Position numbers and translations under genes: made by a program
Part shown: positions 1 through 10,280 of the stretch, one piece after another
How the letters are laid out: each line of letters begins with the position of its first letter
Numbering within the stretch: position 1 is the stretch's first letter
NCBI GenBank assembly: GCA_965216635.1
Contig: OZ244188.1
Coordinates: 1,024,001-1,088,000, forward strand
Origin: a bacterium
GTDB lineage: Bacteria; SAR324; XYD2-FULL-50-16; G965216635
Length of the DNA stretch: 64,000 nucleotides
Reading direction: 5' to 3'
Notes under the pieces: model-generated
Databases searched by the model: none
What the model was told of the DNA's origin: nothing
The model's input: only the letters and a program-made list of their open reading frames with translations

Positions 1-392
1 TTTGTATCTAAAAACATATTGTCTTTTTCTTGCTCTACTTCTTTGTAGTATTTTTTTTGTCTTATTTCCAGTTTTTCCTCCGTCTGCTGTAGTTTTTGTT
101 TTAATTCTGTTAATTCTTGACTAATTTTTTTCTTTTCATCCAAAGTAGAAAAAAATGATTTATACTCTCCTTGAGCTATAGCTTTCAGAGCTGCTACAAT
201 TTTTTTTTTGAAAAAAAACCAAAGAAGCCCAAAAAAAATGAAAAAGTTGATGGATTTGAGTAATAAATCCGTCCAGTTCGCCCCTTCTGCTCCATGTGCG
301 CTTTCTGCAGCAAAAACAGAAAAACTAGTAATAGAAAAAACTAGCAATAGAAAAAACAAACTGCTTAATAGTAGTGAAAATATTCGTTTCAT
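1..392 (-). CDS. atpF: ATP synthase F0 subunit b (runs off window edge)
   Basis: Manual translation from ATG at 392: MKRIFSLLL...AAESAHGAEGANWTDLLLKSINFFIFFGLLWFFFKKKIVAAL followed by a charged coiled coil; adjacent to b'-like gene. Confidence 0.75.
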   Translation of the reverse strand, partial: MKRIFSLLLSSLFFLLLVFSITSFSVFAAESAHGAEGANWTDLLLKSINFFIFFGLLWFFFKKKIVAALKAIAQGEYKSFFSTLDEKKKISQELTELKQKLQQTEEKLEIRQKKYYKEVEQEKDNMFLDT

Positions 393-410
393 TATATTAT
401 CTTTATATTA

Positions 411-565
411 TAGACCTTTTGAATTTGCGTTATGTGACGGCTAGCCAAATGGTTAGGCAGGTGCGAAAATTTGTAAAACAGCGGAGCATACACGCTAGTA
501 TGTGAGCATTTTTTACAAATTTTCAACGCTGCATAGGCTAAACAGAATGCAAATTCAAAGGTCTA
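411..565. mobile_element. Palindromic MITE copy (155 bp)
   Basis: Terminal inverted repeats TAGACCTTTTGAATTTGC...GCAAATTCAAAGGTCTA; internal hairpin GCATACACGCTAGTATGTG; related copies throughout window. Confidence 0.85.
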
Positions 566-1009
566 TGCTATTTTATTTTTTAAATCTTCCACCATACCAT
601 CCACTAAACTCTCTGTATTTTCTTCTATATTACGAAGATCTGCTTGGTATTCTTGGCGGGTTATTTTATTTTTTTCTTCTAGTTTTTGTTTGCTCTCATT
701 TATCATCTCGTCTAGCTCCTGTTTCTTGTTTCTTAACTGATGAGCTCGGTGAGCAGACAATTCTTGAACCGATTCTTCTTGAATCCTCCAAATAGTTGAA
801 TCTACCTTATCTTTTTCATTTTTAAGCTGAACTATTTCTGCTTCAAAACTTCCTTTGTTATTTTCTCTATTAATAATAGTGCGTAAGACTGGCTTAAATA
901 GTAAAAAATGTAGTGAAATCACCAATAGAGAAAAGACTACTAAGACAAAAAGAGCATTTGTCCACTCCAAGTGGAGCAAGCCAAAATTAAATATTGTATA
1001 TTTTTCCAT
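563..1009 (-). CDS. ATP synthase F0 subunit b'
   Basis: N-terminal TM ending LHFLLFKPVLRTII.RE then coiled coil; tandem with atpF. Confidence 0.75.
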   Translation of the reverse strand: MEKYTIFNFGLLHLEWTNALFVLVVFSLLVISLHFLLFKPVLRTIINRENNKGSFEAEIVQLKNEKDKVDSTIWRIQEESVQELSAHRAHQLRNKKQELDEMINESKQKLEEKNKITRQEYQADLRNIEENTESLVDGMVEDLKNKIA

Positions 1010-1061
1010 TTATAAATTTTTTAATTAGAAGTGTTCTTTGTCATAATTCATACAGGAATTT

Positions 1062-2330
1062 CTATTTAAAGCGAAGCACGAAGCGGATATAAATAGCATT
1101 CGTGGATTTCACCTTGATTACACGATTCTCTGTATTGGTGGTTGTGCTTCGCACATTGGCTCTTCTAGTTTCCGTTATTGTTTGGGTTCGGGTAACCTCT
1201 ATCCTATTGTCTGGTTGATTATCCCCAGTAAGGCGGCTATCTGGGTTGTTGATTCCAACTACCAAAGAATCTTCTCTCTTTGTATCAGTATTCGTAGCTT
1301 CATCAGATACTATTTCATAGGTTGGTGTTGGTGTTGAGACTACAACATTTTTTTCTACTGAAAGAGAGCTTCCAGACCAAAGAGCACCTGCTTGCACGGA
1401 AAGGTTTTTGGTTATGGAGTAGTCGTAACCAAACTGTACCGCTGGAGCTGTTTTGGACGCTGAACCTAAGTCAGTATCCAAAGTCAAATTAGCCAAACCA
1501 GCGCCTACAGAAAACCCGTAGGGCAGAAAATAATTCGCAACCGCAATTACAGAGTTGAGCCTGTTGTTTCCTTCTGTTAAAGCGTAGTACTGCAAAGAGA
1601 CTCCCCATTTTTCCAAGTTGTAACCAAACAGGATTCCGTAACCACCTAGCGAATCAGTCCGAGAAATATTGGGACTAGAACTAGTAGAACCAGCAACAGG
1701 TTTAGTGCTAGTGGAGTCTAATATGTCACCAATACTACCAAAATCTAGCTCAGTAAATCTGTTTTTACATAAATTATTTCTTTCTACTGTAGAAATGCCA
1801 TTAAACGAACTTAATGTTCCACGAGTTGCATCTAAAGACAAGAATGTTACAGCTCCACCCTCACCCACACTTTGCTCGCAGGCGGTTTTAGCAGCTGTAA
1901 TTCCCTCATTCTGTAACGCTTCGCCTCTCCCATTTGGGGTACTTGTCCAATTTTCCTGTCCCTCAACAGGAATGTAATTTTGAAAATTAGAAATACCATC
2001 TAGCGTAGTATCAAATATTGCACCTGTATAGCTATTGCTCACTGCTGTGATTTCAAGATCTGCAGATACCTCCATTTTTGTTGTTGTTCTCCTAATATTG
2101 CTAGTTTCTGTCGTTATCTCAAAACCCGAAACAAAAGGACTAACCCCCACAAACCAACCCAGCTGTCTTGCTTGTTTTCCTTCTTGGGCTTTTAAACTAC
2201 CCACCCCTGCATAGAAAAATAAAAATGCCGCTGTAAATATAAGGGGCAAAACAACCGATTTCAATACAACCAATCTCAATACAAACGACTTCAAAACAAA
2301 CAGGTTCAATTTAATATTTATAGATTTCAT
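1062..2330 (-). CDS. Outer-membrane beta-barrel protein with large loop insertions (paralog 1)
   Basis: Likely start MKSINIK (ORF-track extension to 2615 runs through repeats); signal peptide ..SLKA/Q, amphipathic strands [27 protein letters not shown]-terminal YIRFVLRF. Confidence 0.7.
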   Translation of the reverse strand: MKSINIKLNLFVLKSFVLRLVVLKSVVLPLIFTAAFLFFYAGVGSLKAQEGKQARQLGWFVGVSPFVSGFEITTETSNIRRTTTKMEVSADLEITAVSNSYTGAIFDTTLDGISNFQNYIPVEGQENWTSTPNGRGEALQNEGITAAKTACEQSVGEGGAVTFLSLDATRGTLSSFNGISTVERNNLCKNRFTELDFGSIGDILDSTSTKPVAGSTSSSPNISRTDSLGGYGILFGYNLEKWGVSLQYYALTEGNNRLNSVIAVANYFLPYGFSVGAGLANLTLDTDLGSASKTAPAVQFGYDYSITKNLSVQAGALWSGSSLSVEKNVVVSTPTPTYEIVSDEATNTDTKREDSLVVGINNPDSRLTGDNQPDNRIEVTRTQTITETRRANVRSTTTNTENRVIKVKSTNAIYIRFVLRFK

Positions 2331-2420
2331 AATATAATTTATTATTTTAAGATTAAAAAACAAAACTTTATAAAGGATAGCTAAAAACAAATAAAAAAAC
2401 AAATAAAAAAACCAAATGCA

Positions 2421-2565
2421 TTGCTGGGGACATTTTTTTTGCTCCAAATGGTTGACTAAGCAACCATTTTGGGTGAAAATGTGTCCCCGAAAAAACCCCT
2501 TCTTCTTTAAGAACGGGGACACATTTTTTGCCCAAAATGGTTGAATAAGCAAAAAAAATGTCCCC
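2421..2565. repeat. GGGGAC/GTCCCC palindromic dispersed repeat
   Basis: GGGGACATTTTTTTTGCTCCAAATGGTTGACTAAGCAACCATTTTGGG also at ~41840 and ~41933; AAGAACGGGGACAC...AATAAGC also at ~40988. Confidence 0.8.
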
Positions 2566-2765
2566 TGCAGGTTTGGAAAAAAAAACATCCCCTGCAGGTT
2601 TGGAAAAAAAAACATCTCCTACAGGTTTGGAAAAAAAAACATCCCCTGCAGGTTTGGAAAAAAAAATGTCCCCTGCAGGTTTGGAAAAAAAAACATCCCC
2701 TACAGGTTTGGAAAAAAAAACATCCCCTGCAGGTTTGGAAAAAAAGAACATCTCCTACAGGTTTT
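2561..2765. repeat. 27-bp tandem repeat, about 7.5 copies
   Basis: Unit TCCCCTGCAGGTTTGG(A)9CA starting 2561, 2588, 2615, 2642, 2669, 2696, 2723, 2751. Confidence 0.95.
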
Positions 2766-2769
2766 TTAA

Positions 2770-4050
2770 TTATTGTCCAACCTTAATCAAGTAATAATCT
2801 TTTTTTCCTTTCCTTATAAAAATAAAATTTTCAGAAATTTTATCTTCTGGTGATATTTTTTTTTCTACAGTATCTATTCTTTTATTGTTGACATAAATTC
2901 CTCCTGATTCTATCAATTTCCGAGCCCTGCCTTTAGATTCTACAGCTTGAATTTCTACTAAAGCCTCTACAATGCACCAGCCAAGTTTTAATTTATCCGA
3001 AGAAATTTCAAACGAAGCAACATCTTCAAAAATCTCGGAAACCATTTCGTCGCTTAACCTGCCAGTAGTAGAACCAGCAGCTTTTCCATAAAAAATTTTA
3101 CTTGCTTTTTTTACTTTTTCTAACTCTTCTTTACCGTGCAAAGCTAAAACTACATTTTCTGCGAGTATTTGCTGGGCTTCTCGGTGGTGGGGGTTTTCAC
3201 TGTGAGATTTTTCTAAATCTTGAATTTTTTCTAAAGGGTAATCACTCAGCTTTTTCAATAAAGAAATAACTTCTTTGTCTTCACTACGGATGAGATATTG
3301 ATACATTTGAAAAGGAGAAGTTTTTTTAGCATCTAACCACAGGGCTCCTTTCTCGCTCTTGCCAATTTTACTACCATCACTTTTTAGCAATAAAGGCATA
3401 GTCAAGCCGTAAGCCTGTTTAGAAAGAATTCTACGAATAAGATCAATCCCCGCTACAATGTTGCCCCATTGATCCGAACCTCCTATTTGTAAGGAGCAAC
3501 CATAATTTTTAAAAAGATAGTAAAAATCATAAGCCTGTAGCAACATATAGCTAAATTCTGTATAGGTAATCCCTTCACCTGTTAATCTTCTTTTTATGGA
3601 TTCCTTAGCAAGCATGTTGCTGACAGCAAAAAATTTTCCGTAATCCCTTAAAAAATTGAGATAACTAAAATTTTTCATCCAATCAAAATTATTGACGATT
3701 TGGGCTTTATTTTTAGATTGAAAATCTAAGAAAATTTCTAACTGGGGTTTGGTTTTGGAAATATTAAATTCTAATTCTTCTGTGCTTAACAGCTTTCGTT
3801 CTTTATCTTTCCCAGATGGATCTCCTATGCTTCCTGTAGAACCTCCAATCACAGCTAGCGGAGAATGCCCTGCTTTTTGTAGCAAAGCCATCAACCTAAA
3901 AACAGCCAGTTGTCCTAAATGAAAGCTATCCGAAGAAGGATCAAAGCCTACATAAAAACAAATTTGCTTTTCGTTTAAGATGGTTTCTAGCTGAGGGTGA
4001 GTTGTAGCATCTAGATAGCCTCTAGCACTAATTTCCGAAAATGGATTCAT
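2770..4050 (-). CDS. tyrS: Tyrosine--tRNA ligase
   Basis: GFDPS..SFHLGQ (HIGH), QIGGSDQWGN, KIGKS (KMSKS), C-terminal S4 domain. Confidence 0.97.
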   Translation of the reverse strand: MNPFSEISARGYLDATTHPQLETILNEKQICFYVGFDPSSDSFHLGQLAVFRLMALLQKAGHSPLAVIGGSTGSIGDPSGKDKERKLLSTEELEFNISKTKPQLEIFLDFQSKNKAQIVNNFDWMKNFSYLNFLRDYGKFFAVSNMLAKESIKRRLTGEGITYTEFSYMLLQAYDFYYLFKNYGCSLQIGGSDQWGNIVAGIDLIRRILSKQAYGLTMPLLLKSDGSKIGKSEKGALWLDAKKTSPFQMYQYLIRSEDKEVISLLKKLSDYPLEKIQDLEKSHSENPHHREAQQILAENVVLALHGKEELEKVKKASKIFYGKAAGSTTGRLSDEMVSEIFEDVASFEISSDKLKLGWCIVEALVEIQAVESKGRARKLIESGGIYVNNKRIDTVEKKISPEDKISENFIFIRKGKKDYYLIKVGQ

Positions 4051-4796
4051 TGAGTTTCTAAAACAATAATTTGAAAAACCTTGTTGTTTTTAAAGACAAT
4101 TTTCCTATCTTCATAATTCCACTCTGTGATATCATTCGCAGAGTTTTTCTCTGCTGGCTCTTCTAATACTAATATTACATGTTCGGGACTGTAGCCGATT
4201 TCCACCACACCTGCTAGAATTTTATCTCGTATTTGACGCGGAACTTGAGGGGTATCTACAATTTGCTGATTCTTTGCATCTAGCCATTTTAAAGATTTAT
4301 TCGCTCTATAAACAATTCTACTACGAGGTGCCCATATTTTCTCTGGAAAATCTATATTATAATTGACTTCGTACCAATTAAGAAAAGGAACGTCTTGTGC
4401 TGGAAAGAACTTCCCCGTGGCTTTTAAAAACTCAACAGATACTTCGTGATAGCCCAAAAAATCCTCTTGTTTTACAGGGATTTTTTTAAAAAATTTTACT
4501 TTTTTTTCTGCTGTATTTTCTAAATCAACATAAACAAAACCAGTCCCTGTTTCTTTTTTACGAATAGTATTTTTTTCTACTAAAAAAAATATACGGTTGT
4601 TGGAATCTATAAAAATATCTAAAACCTTAAAACTACTATAGGTTGGAACATAGTATTTTTTGCTTTGCAAGTCTGGAGACGCATAAAAATAGCTATTTCT
4701 GGTAGTAATTACAGAGCCCAGAGCAAAAATAGATCCAATAGATAAAAAAAATAAAAGAGCACTAAAAAGAAGTTTTTTCATAGTAAAATAGATCAA
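4047..4796 (-). CDS. Exported hypothetical protein
   Basis: Signal peptide MKKLLFSALLFFLSIGSIFA; overlaps tyrS start. Confidence 0.6.
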   Translation of the reverse strand: MIYFTMKKLLFSALLFFLSIGSIFALGSVITTRNSYFYASPDLQSKKYYVPTYSSFKVLDIFIDSNNRIFFLVEKNTIRKKETGTGFVYVDLENTAEKKVKFFKKIPVKQEDFLGYHEVSVEFLKATGKFFPAQDVPFLNWYEVNYNIDFPEKIWAPRSRIVYRANKSLKWLDAKNQQIVDTPQVPRQIRDKILAGVVEIGYSPEHVILVLEEPAEKNSANDITEWNYEDRKIVFKNNKVFQIIVLETQ

Positions 4797-4862
4797 AATT
4801 TATATCCACTATAACCGAATAATAACAATAAAACAAGTACTTTATTTGCTGAGATTTTAATT

Positions 4863-5417
4863 TTATGTTAACTTTAAAAAGTGTAAATAAATTTTTCCGT
4901 ATTTCTTCAAGCAAATAGGAGTGATATTTTTATGTGTGAATAGGCAGTTTAAGTCTTTATCTTTTTCTATCACTAAAAAGCTCGGGTAGGCTTTTTCTTT
5001 TTGGAGTCTATCTAACCAGACCTGTTCTAAATCCATAAGAAAAGGAGCGTCTATAAAAAAAACTTTGGGAGTTTTTTTTTTGTTTAGATTGAATTTTTGA
5101 AAGGAGGAAAAATTATCTCCAAAATAAAGTTCAAAATCCAATGTTTCGGGTAATCGTGTTAGTTTTTTTTTTAAACTAGAAAATACGGCTGGATTGCTTT
5201 CAAAAAAAAAACTTTTTTTAAAGCCACGATTTAAAGCCTCTATACCTACAGCCCCTGTTCCAGCGAAAAGGTCAAAAAAACTATAGTCAGCAAAAGAAAT
5301 CCTAGAATACAAAACATCAAAGATACTATTTCTAATACGGCTTTTTGTGGGACGCAGTCCTTTTTCTTGGATTACTTTGAATTTGAAATTTCTTAAAATA
5401 CCTGCATCAATTTTCAT
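4863..5417 (-). CDS. rsmD: 16S rRNA m2G966 methyltransferase
   Basis: LRPT..RIR.SIF, DLFAGTGAVGIEAL.RG, FIDAPF. Confidence 0.88.
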   Translation of the reverse strand: MKIDAGILRNFKFKVIQEKGLRPTKSRIRNSIFDVLYSRISFADYSFFDLFAGTGAVGIEALNRGFKKSFFFESNPAVFSSLKKKLTRLPETLDFELYFGDNFSSFQKFNLNKKKTPKVFFIDAPFLMDLEQVWLDRLQKEKAYPSFLVIEKDKDLNCLFTHKNITPICLKKYGKIYLHFLKLT

Positions 5418-6456
5418 TTCTTAACAAAGGATATTTCCGATCAATTTCTGCTTTGATTTCGTCCCAAGTAGGACTATAAGTGCCAAGTTTTTTAATCGCA
5501 ACAGCAGCTGCCAGATTAGCCAAATTACCAGTCATTTCTATAGACTGCTTTCCTCCTAAAATTATGGCAACAATGGAAGTAACCAAATCTCCTGCACCTG
5601 TAACATCAAAAACACTTTCTTGCTGAACTGAAAAAAATTGATATTCTTTCGGATTTTGATAAATTAACAGTCCTTCTTTATCCAAACTTAACACAATGGT
5701 ATCTATTGCAGTTTTCTTTTGGATGAAAGCTGCTGCTTTGAGGTAATCTGTCTGTGATCGCAATTTAGCTTTACAAAAAATTTCTGCTTCTACTCTATTG
5801 GGTTTGATGCAGTGTGCTCTTTTATAGATAGAAAAATCTACAGTTTTTGCAGGATCTACAACCACGAACAAATTATTTTTCCTTGCTTCGGCAATCAATT
5901 TAGTAACTAGTGTCGGGTTACAACTACCTTTTAGATAATCAGAGATTATCAATATCTGAAAATTTTTAAGGTTTAAGTTAGCCCAAAAATGAGCCGATTT
6001 TTTTTTGTCTAGGACAAATCTTTTTTCATAATCCAGTCTTAAAAGCTGTTGTCTTCTTGTTGAAATTCTGCATTTGACAACTGTTTGATAGTTTTCTAAA
6101 GCATGAAAATTAGAGATATTTACTTTTTGCTGTTTTAAAATACCAAGTAGTTTTTCTCCTGCTTCATCTTTACCATAAATTCCCATAGGAGTAGCTTGAC
6201 AGCCTAGTCTTAGTAAATTCATAAGACAACAACCTGCACCGCCCAGCTGGAATTGTTCTTCTTCTGTTTGTAAAATAGGAATAGGCGCTTCGGGTGAAAT
6301 TCTTGTCACGTTGCCCCAAATATAATGGTCCAACATAAAATCTCCGAAAACTAAAACTTTAAAAGGTTTGAAATTTTCGATAAATTGCCGAAGTATTAAT
6401 CTGCAGTCTTTTTTATTCATTTTTTGATTTACGGAAAAAGAAGGTTCTTCACCCAC
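5407..6456 (-). CDS. D-glycero-beta-D-manno-heptose-7-phosphate kinase (HldE/RfaE kinase domain, PfkB family)
   Basis: GDFMLDHYIWG.V.RISPEAPIP, SDY.KG, DVTGAGD; true start probably MNKK near 6420. Confidence 0.9.
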   Translation of the reverse strand: MGEEPSFSVNQKMNKKDCRLILRQFIENFKPFKVLVFGDFMLDHYIWGNVTRISPEAPIPILQTEEEQFQLGGAGCCLMNLLRLGCQATPMGIYGKDEAGEKLLGILKQQKVNISNFHALENYQTVVKCRISTRRQQLLRLDYEKRFVLDKKKSAHFWANLNLKNFQILIISDYLKGSCNPTLVTKLIAEARKNNLFVVVDPAKTVDFSIYKRAHCIKPNRVEAEIFCKAKLRSQTDYLKAAAFIQKKTAIDTIVLSLDKEGLLIYQNPKEYQFFSVQQESVFDVTGAGDLVTSIVAIILGGKQSIEMTGNLANLAAAVAIKKLGTYSPTWDEIKAEIDRKYPLLRNEN

Positions 6457-7037
6457 AATCCTTTTTTTTTAATAAAACGAACTCTATCGTGTAGCCTAAA
6501 ATTCTCTGCCTGCCAAAATTCTATCATACTAGGAACGATGCTAATACCTCTCCAATCTTTTGGTAAAGGAATTTTTTTTAGTTGTGAAAATTTTTTCTCA
6601 TAGTAATTATAATTTTCTAATAGTCCTTCTCGGGTTTTCAATTCTTTGCTTTGCTGAGATGCCCAAGCACCTATTTGGCTTTCTTTAGCTCTAGTAGAAA
6701 AATAAATTTCTGTTTGTTTTCGGGACAAAAAACTGCGCCTACCTTCTATTCTAATTTGTCTGTTCAATTTATCCCAATAGACAAGTATAGCGGCGTAAGG
6801 GTTTTTTTTGAGTTGTTTTCCTTTAAGACTTTGTAAATTGGTATAAAAAACAAATCCTTCTTTTTTGCTGAATTTTTTTAAAAGTACTACTCTTGAAGAA
6901 ACCTTTCCTTTCTCATCAGCAGTAGAAAGACTTACCGCATTGTAATCATTCAAACCGCACTTTTGCGCGTCTGAAAACCACTTTTTTACTCCTAGCCAAG
7001 GATCTTGAATAGTTTCTAATATTTTTGATGATTTCAT
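6429..7037 (-). CDS. pdxH: Pyridoxamine 5'-phosphate oxidase
   Basis: SRVVLLK, FYTN..S.KG, SQIGAWAS.QS, IEFWQ....RLHDR. Confidence 0.95.
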   Translation of the reverse strand: MKSSKILETIQDPWLGVKKWFSDAQKCGLNDYNAVSLSTADEKGKVSSRVVLLKKFSKKEGFVFYTNLQSLKGKQLKKNPYAAILVYWDKLNRQIRIEGRRSFLSRKQTEIYFSTRAKESQIGAWASQQSKELKTREGLLENYNYYEKKFSQLKKIPLPKDWRGISIVPSMIEFWQAENFRLHDRVRFIKKKGLWVKNLLFP

Positions 7038-7090
7038 CTATTTCCAATTTTTTAGAGACCTTTTGAATTAGACATTATACCTTGTTTAAT

Positions 7091-7417
7091 TCAAAGATCT
7101 CTTTGTAATTGTAATTTTATCAATCTTAATTCCATTTCCAATTTTTTTAAATTTCGTTTAATAATTTCCAAGTCTTTTACATTTTTTTCTCTATCTGTAT
7201 TTAAATCATCTATTTGCTGGCTAAGTAACAAAAGACTTCTTTTGAGTTGTTTAGAAAGATTTTCTATTTGTTTGTTTTGTTTTTCTTGAATCTCTAATTT
7301 TATTACTCTTTTTTCTAGAGCTCTAATTCTACCTATTTGAGATTCAGCAGAAGCACAAGAAAGTAGAGATAGCGGAAGTAGTAAGATAAAAAGATTTTTA
7401 TTGCTAAAAAATTTCAT
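7091..7417 (-). CDS. Coiled-coil lipoprotein
   Basis: Lipobox LLSC after MKFFSNK; ORF-track extension to 7471 is MITE sequence. Confidence 0.55.
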   Translation of the reverse strand: MKFFSNKNLFILLLPLSLLSCASAESQIGRIRALEKRVIKLEIQEKQNKQIENLSKQLKRSLLLLSQQIDDLNTDREKNVKDLEIIKRNLKKLEMELRLIKLQLQRDL

Positions 7418-7442
7418 TTTTTTTAAGGGACGATATATTTTA

Positions 7443-7826
7443 TAGACCTTTGAATTTGCCAAATAGCACAAAACTAGCTGTGACGGCTAGCCAAATAGTT
7501 AGAAAACTGTAAAAAAAAAATTTAGCTCGCAGGAATATCGTAGTGCCACAATAATGGAACCAGGGCACTACAAAACTTGCATAATTCTCAAAAAGAAATT
7601 CAAAAGTGCCAACTTTTTTGGTGTAGATTTATTGTTGTCTACCAGCAAGAGTGCCACTGGCACTCTTGCACAAAAACCTTATTATATTTCAATTTTTCAT
7701 ACATTTGGTTGTTTTGAACTTTTACTATAGCCCTTATGAAATAGATAGCAAAAGAAAAGTATTTCAAGAGTTAAATTTTTTTTAAAACACTGCATAGGCT
7801 GAACAGAATGTAAATTTAAAGGTCTA
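7443..7826. mobile_element. Composite MITE copy (384 bp)
   Basis: TAGACCTTTGAATTT...AAATTTAAAGGTCTA ends; internal hairpins GTAGTGCC..GGCACTAC and GCAAGAGTGCCACTGGCACTCTTGC. Confidence 0.8.
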
Positions 7827-9170
7827 TTTTAGATATTTCCATTGAAAATTATAAGCCCAATCAGGATTAGTTTCTTTAAGTCCTTTTGGCGAAGAAGTCA
7901 AACGTCTTGCGTATTCTCCATCTACTGTCATCACATAAAGTTTCGCTTCTCCGCTGATTTTAGAACTAAAAACAATCAACCTATCGTCTGGTGACCAGCT
8001 AGGTTCTTCTGAAGATTTTTTACTAAACGTCAGTTGCCTTAAAACTTCTCCTTGAATATTCATTAAAAAAATTTGAAAAACACCACTTTTTAAACCTGCG
8101 TAGACAATATAATTCCCGTCGTTACTCCATTTGGGATCTGTATTATATTTCCCCATAAAAGATAACCTTTTTTGTTCTCCTGTTTTTAAATTCATATAAT
8201 AAATTTGAACCGTTCCTGAACGGTTAGAAACAAACAGTAAATCTTCTCCGTTGGGAGCTAAAGAAGGACTTGTATCTATGGAAGAAAAATTGGTTAATCT
8301 TTGCTTAATATTGCCTTTTACAGAAAAAAGATAAATGTCGGAGTTTCCTCTTTTAGAAAAAGTAGCAACCAAATCACCGTTTTTTTTATTCCAACTGCCT
8401 CCTGTAGCAATACCTTCATTAGAAGAAATTAAAGTCTTCAACTGTTTTTTTATCAAATCTAAAAAAAATATCCTAGTCCCTACAGAGCCGCTAGCTGTAT
8501 AGATAAAACCTCTTTCATTAGGCGTCCAACGAGGTAAAACATTATATTCTAAATTGGAAATAATAATTTTTTTTCGTATATGGTGAGTATCTGTAATAAT
8601 AATTCTTTTAGGATGATTACTCTTTTGTTCTGAATAAATAATTGCGCTCCCTAATGTCCCTTTTTTTTGCGAAATTTTATAGATAATACGCTGCACAAAA
8701 TCAATAATATTATTTTCTAACTTTTCATTACTACGGCTATTTTTAAAGAAACCTTGCAATAAAAGCTTATCATCTTGTGTGAAAATTTTAACTACAATAG
8801 CATCTTGGGTTTGGTTATTTGGGGTTTGGTTATTTGGGGCTTGGTTATTTTGGGGTGGGTTATTTTGGGCTTGGTTATTTTGGGCTTGATTATCAAAAGC
8901 AATTTTTTTTGCTATAATAAATTTAAGACTAGCTTGTTTCTCTTTTTTTTTAGACGAAAAAACTCCGCTCCATTCTAAATTTTTTTTTAAAGTAGCAAGC
9001 ACAAGTCTAGTATTGTAGATAGCCGTGCCTTCCCACTTAGAATGAATCTGTATTCTCTGATATAAAGATCCTTTGATATCTATGTAATCATTTTTTTCTT
9101 GTGCTAAAAGTGATCCTACACAAAAAAAACTGCCTATAAAAAATTGTAGTATTTTTTTACTCATTGTCAT
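7824..9170 (-). CDS. tolB: Tol-Pal beta-propeller protein TolB
   Basis: PD40 repeats (PSLAPNG..L.FVSNRSG..QIY, PSWSPD); tol cluster context. Confidence 0.88.
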   Translation of the reverse strand: MTMSKKILQFFIGSFFCVGSLLAQEKNDYIDIKGSLYQRIQIHSKWEGTAIYNTRLVLATLKKNLEWSGVFSSKKKEKQASLKFIIAKKIAFDNQAQNNQAQNNPPQNNQAPNNQTPNNQTQDAIVVKIFTQDDKLLLQGFFKNSRSNEKLENNIIDFVQRIIYKISQKKGTLGSAIIYSEQKSNHPKRIIITDTHHIRKKIIISNLEYNVLPRWTPNERGFIYTASGSVGTRIFFLDLIKKQLKTLISSNEGIATGGSWNKKNGDLVATFSKRGNSDIYLFSVKGNIKQRLTNFSSIDTSPSLAPNGEDLLFVSNRSGTVQIYYMNLKTGEQKRLSFMGKYNTDPKWSNDGNYIVYAGLKSGVFQIFLMNIQGEVLRQLTFSKKSSEEPSWSPDDRLIVFSSKISGEAKLYVMTVDGEYARRLTSSPKGLKETNPDWAYNFQWKYLK

Positions 9171-9901
9171 AGTATCCGCCCTCCTTGAAAACGAAAAACA
9201 AAAACAAATTCTTTCACCCTATACTCATTCGGAATTACAGGAAACGGGTGGGAATTTTTGATAGCTTCTAGAGCCGACAAATCAAAGGCAGACAACCGAG
9301 AATTTCGCACAATTTTGACATCATCCAATGCACCCGTTTTGAGTATTTTAGCTTGAATAATTACTTGCAGTTTTTTATCGCTAAAAGAGCTTTTCCAGTT
9401 ATTTTGAATGATAGCTTCAATCAATTTTTTATACTCATTATTTTGTTGAGTAGAATCTACTGCTGAGGCTTCTGTCTTAACAGTTAGATTTTGGGTTGTA
9501 GTTTTTTTATTATTATTTGTAATGTTAGGCGAGCTCGGTTGATTGAGCTGGATGTTTTTTAAATCAGGTTCTTGAACAACATCCAACCCTTCTTGAACTT
9601 CCCTCAATAAATCTTCGTCTGCTTCAAGGTTAAGTTGTTTCAGACTCCTTGCCAAATTATTATCAAAATTGCTTGTAGAAGACGACTTAGAAGACGACTG
9701 CAGAGTTTTTTGTTTTGATTTTGTCTGATTTGATTTTGCATTGCTCGTTTGAGTTTTTGAGGATTTTTGAAAATAAACTTTGGTCTTAATAGGCTGAACG
9801 GGAATATAGGAAGTAGAATAATAAAGTGATATTGCCAATGCAAGCAATAGATGGCAGGTAAAGGATGCGAATAGAAATCTAGAAAATTTTAAATTATTCA
9901 T
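9167..9901 (-). CDS. tolA: TolA/TonB C-terminal domain protein
   Basis: TM with S...H, low-complexity linker, S....FD.SAL.AI...PFP; lies between tolR and tolB; start MNNLK. Confidence 0.7.
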   Translation of the reverse strand: MNNLKFSRFLFASFTCHLLLALAISLYYSTSYIPVQPIKTKVYFQKSSKTQTSNAKSNQTKSKQKTLQSSSKSSSTSNFDNNLARSLKQLNLEADEDLLREVQEGLDVVQEPDLKNIQLNQPSSPNITNNNKKTTTQNLTVKTEASAVDSTQQNNEYKKLIEAIIQNNWKSSFSDKKLQVIIQAKILKTGALDDVKIVRNSRLSAFDLSALEAIKNSHPFPVIPNEYRVKEFVFVFRFQGGRIL

Positions 9902-10014
9902 CTTATTATTTAAAACAGAGAATATTGAATTAGAAAGACTTTTGAAGTTTAGCACTCTAGGAATGCTAGACAAGGCAAAAAATAGAGCCGAACTAGAATA
10001 CCTAATTCAACATT

Positions 10015-10272
10015 GAAACCTTTGAATTAGTGTTATGTGACGGCTAGGCAAGGCGTAAATTTGTAAAAAAGCGGAGCATACACGCTAGTATGTGAGTATT
10101 TTTTACAAATTTTTAATGGCGTAGTGCCACAATAATGTGATCAGGGCACTACAAAACCTAAAGCTAACACAATATAGACTGCAAAAGCTCCAGTGGAGCT
10201 TTTGCTAAAGCCTGTATAGGGTGAAAGCAATAAGCTTGCTTTGGCTAAACAGAACGCTAATTCAAAGGTCTC
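10015..10272. mobile_element. MITE copy
   Basis: GAAACCTTTGAATTAG...CTAATTCAAAGGTCTC; shares the GCGGAGCATACACGCTAGTATGTGAG core with 411-565. Confidence 0.85.
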
Positions 10273-10280
10273 ACAGTCTC

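Noticed and set aside
2368..2794. Overlapping ORFs in several frames and the 5' extension of the OMP ORF to 2615
   Set aside because: All are translations of the 27-bp tandem repeat and GGGGAC element.
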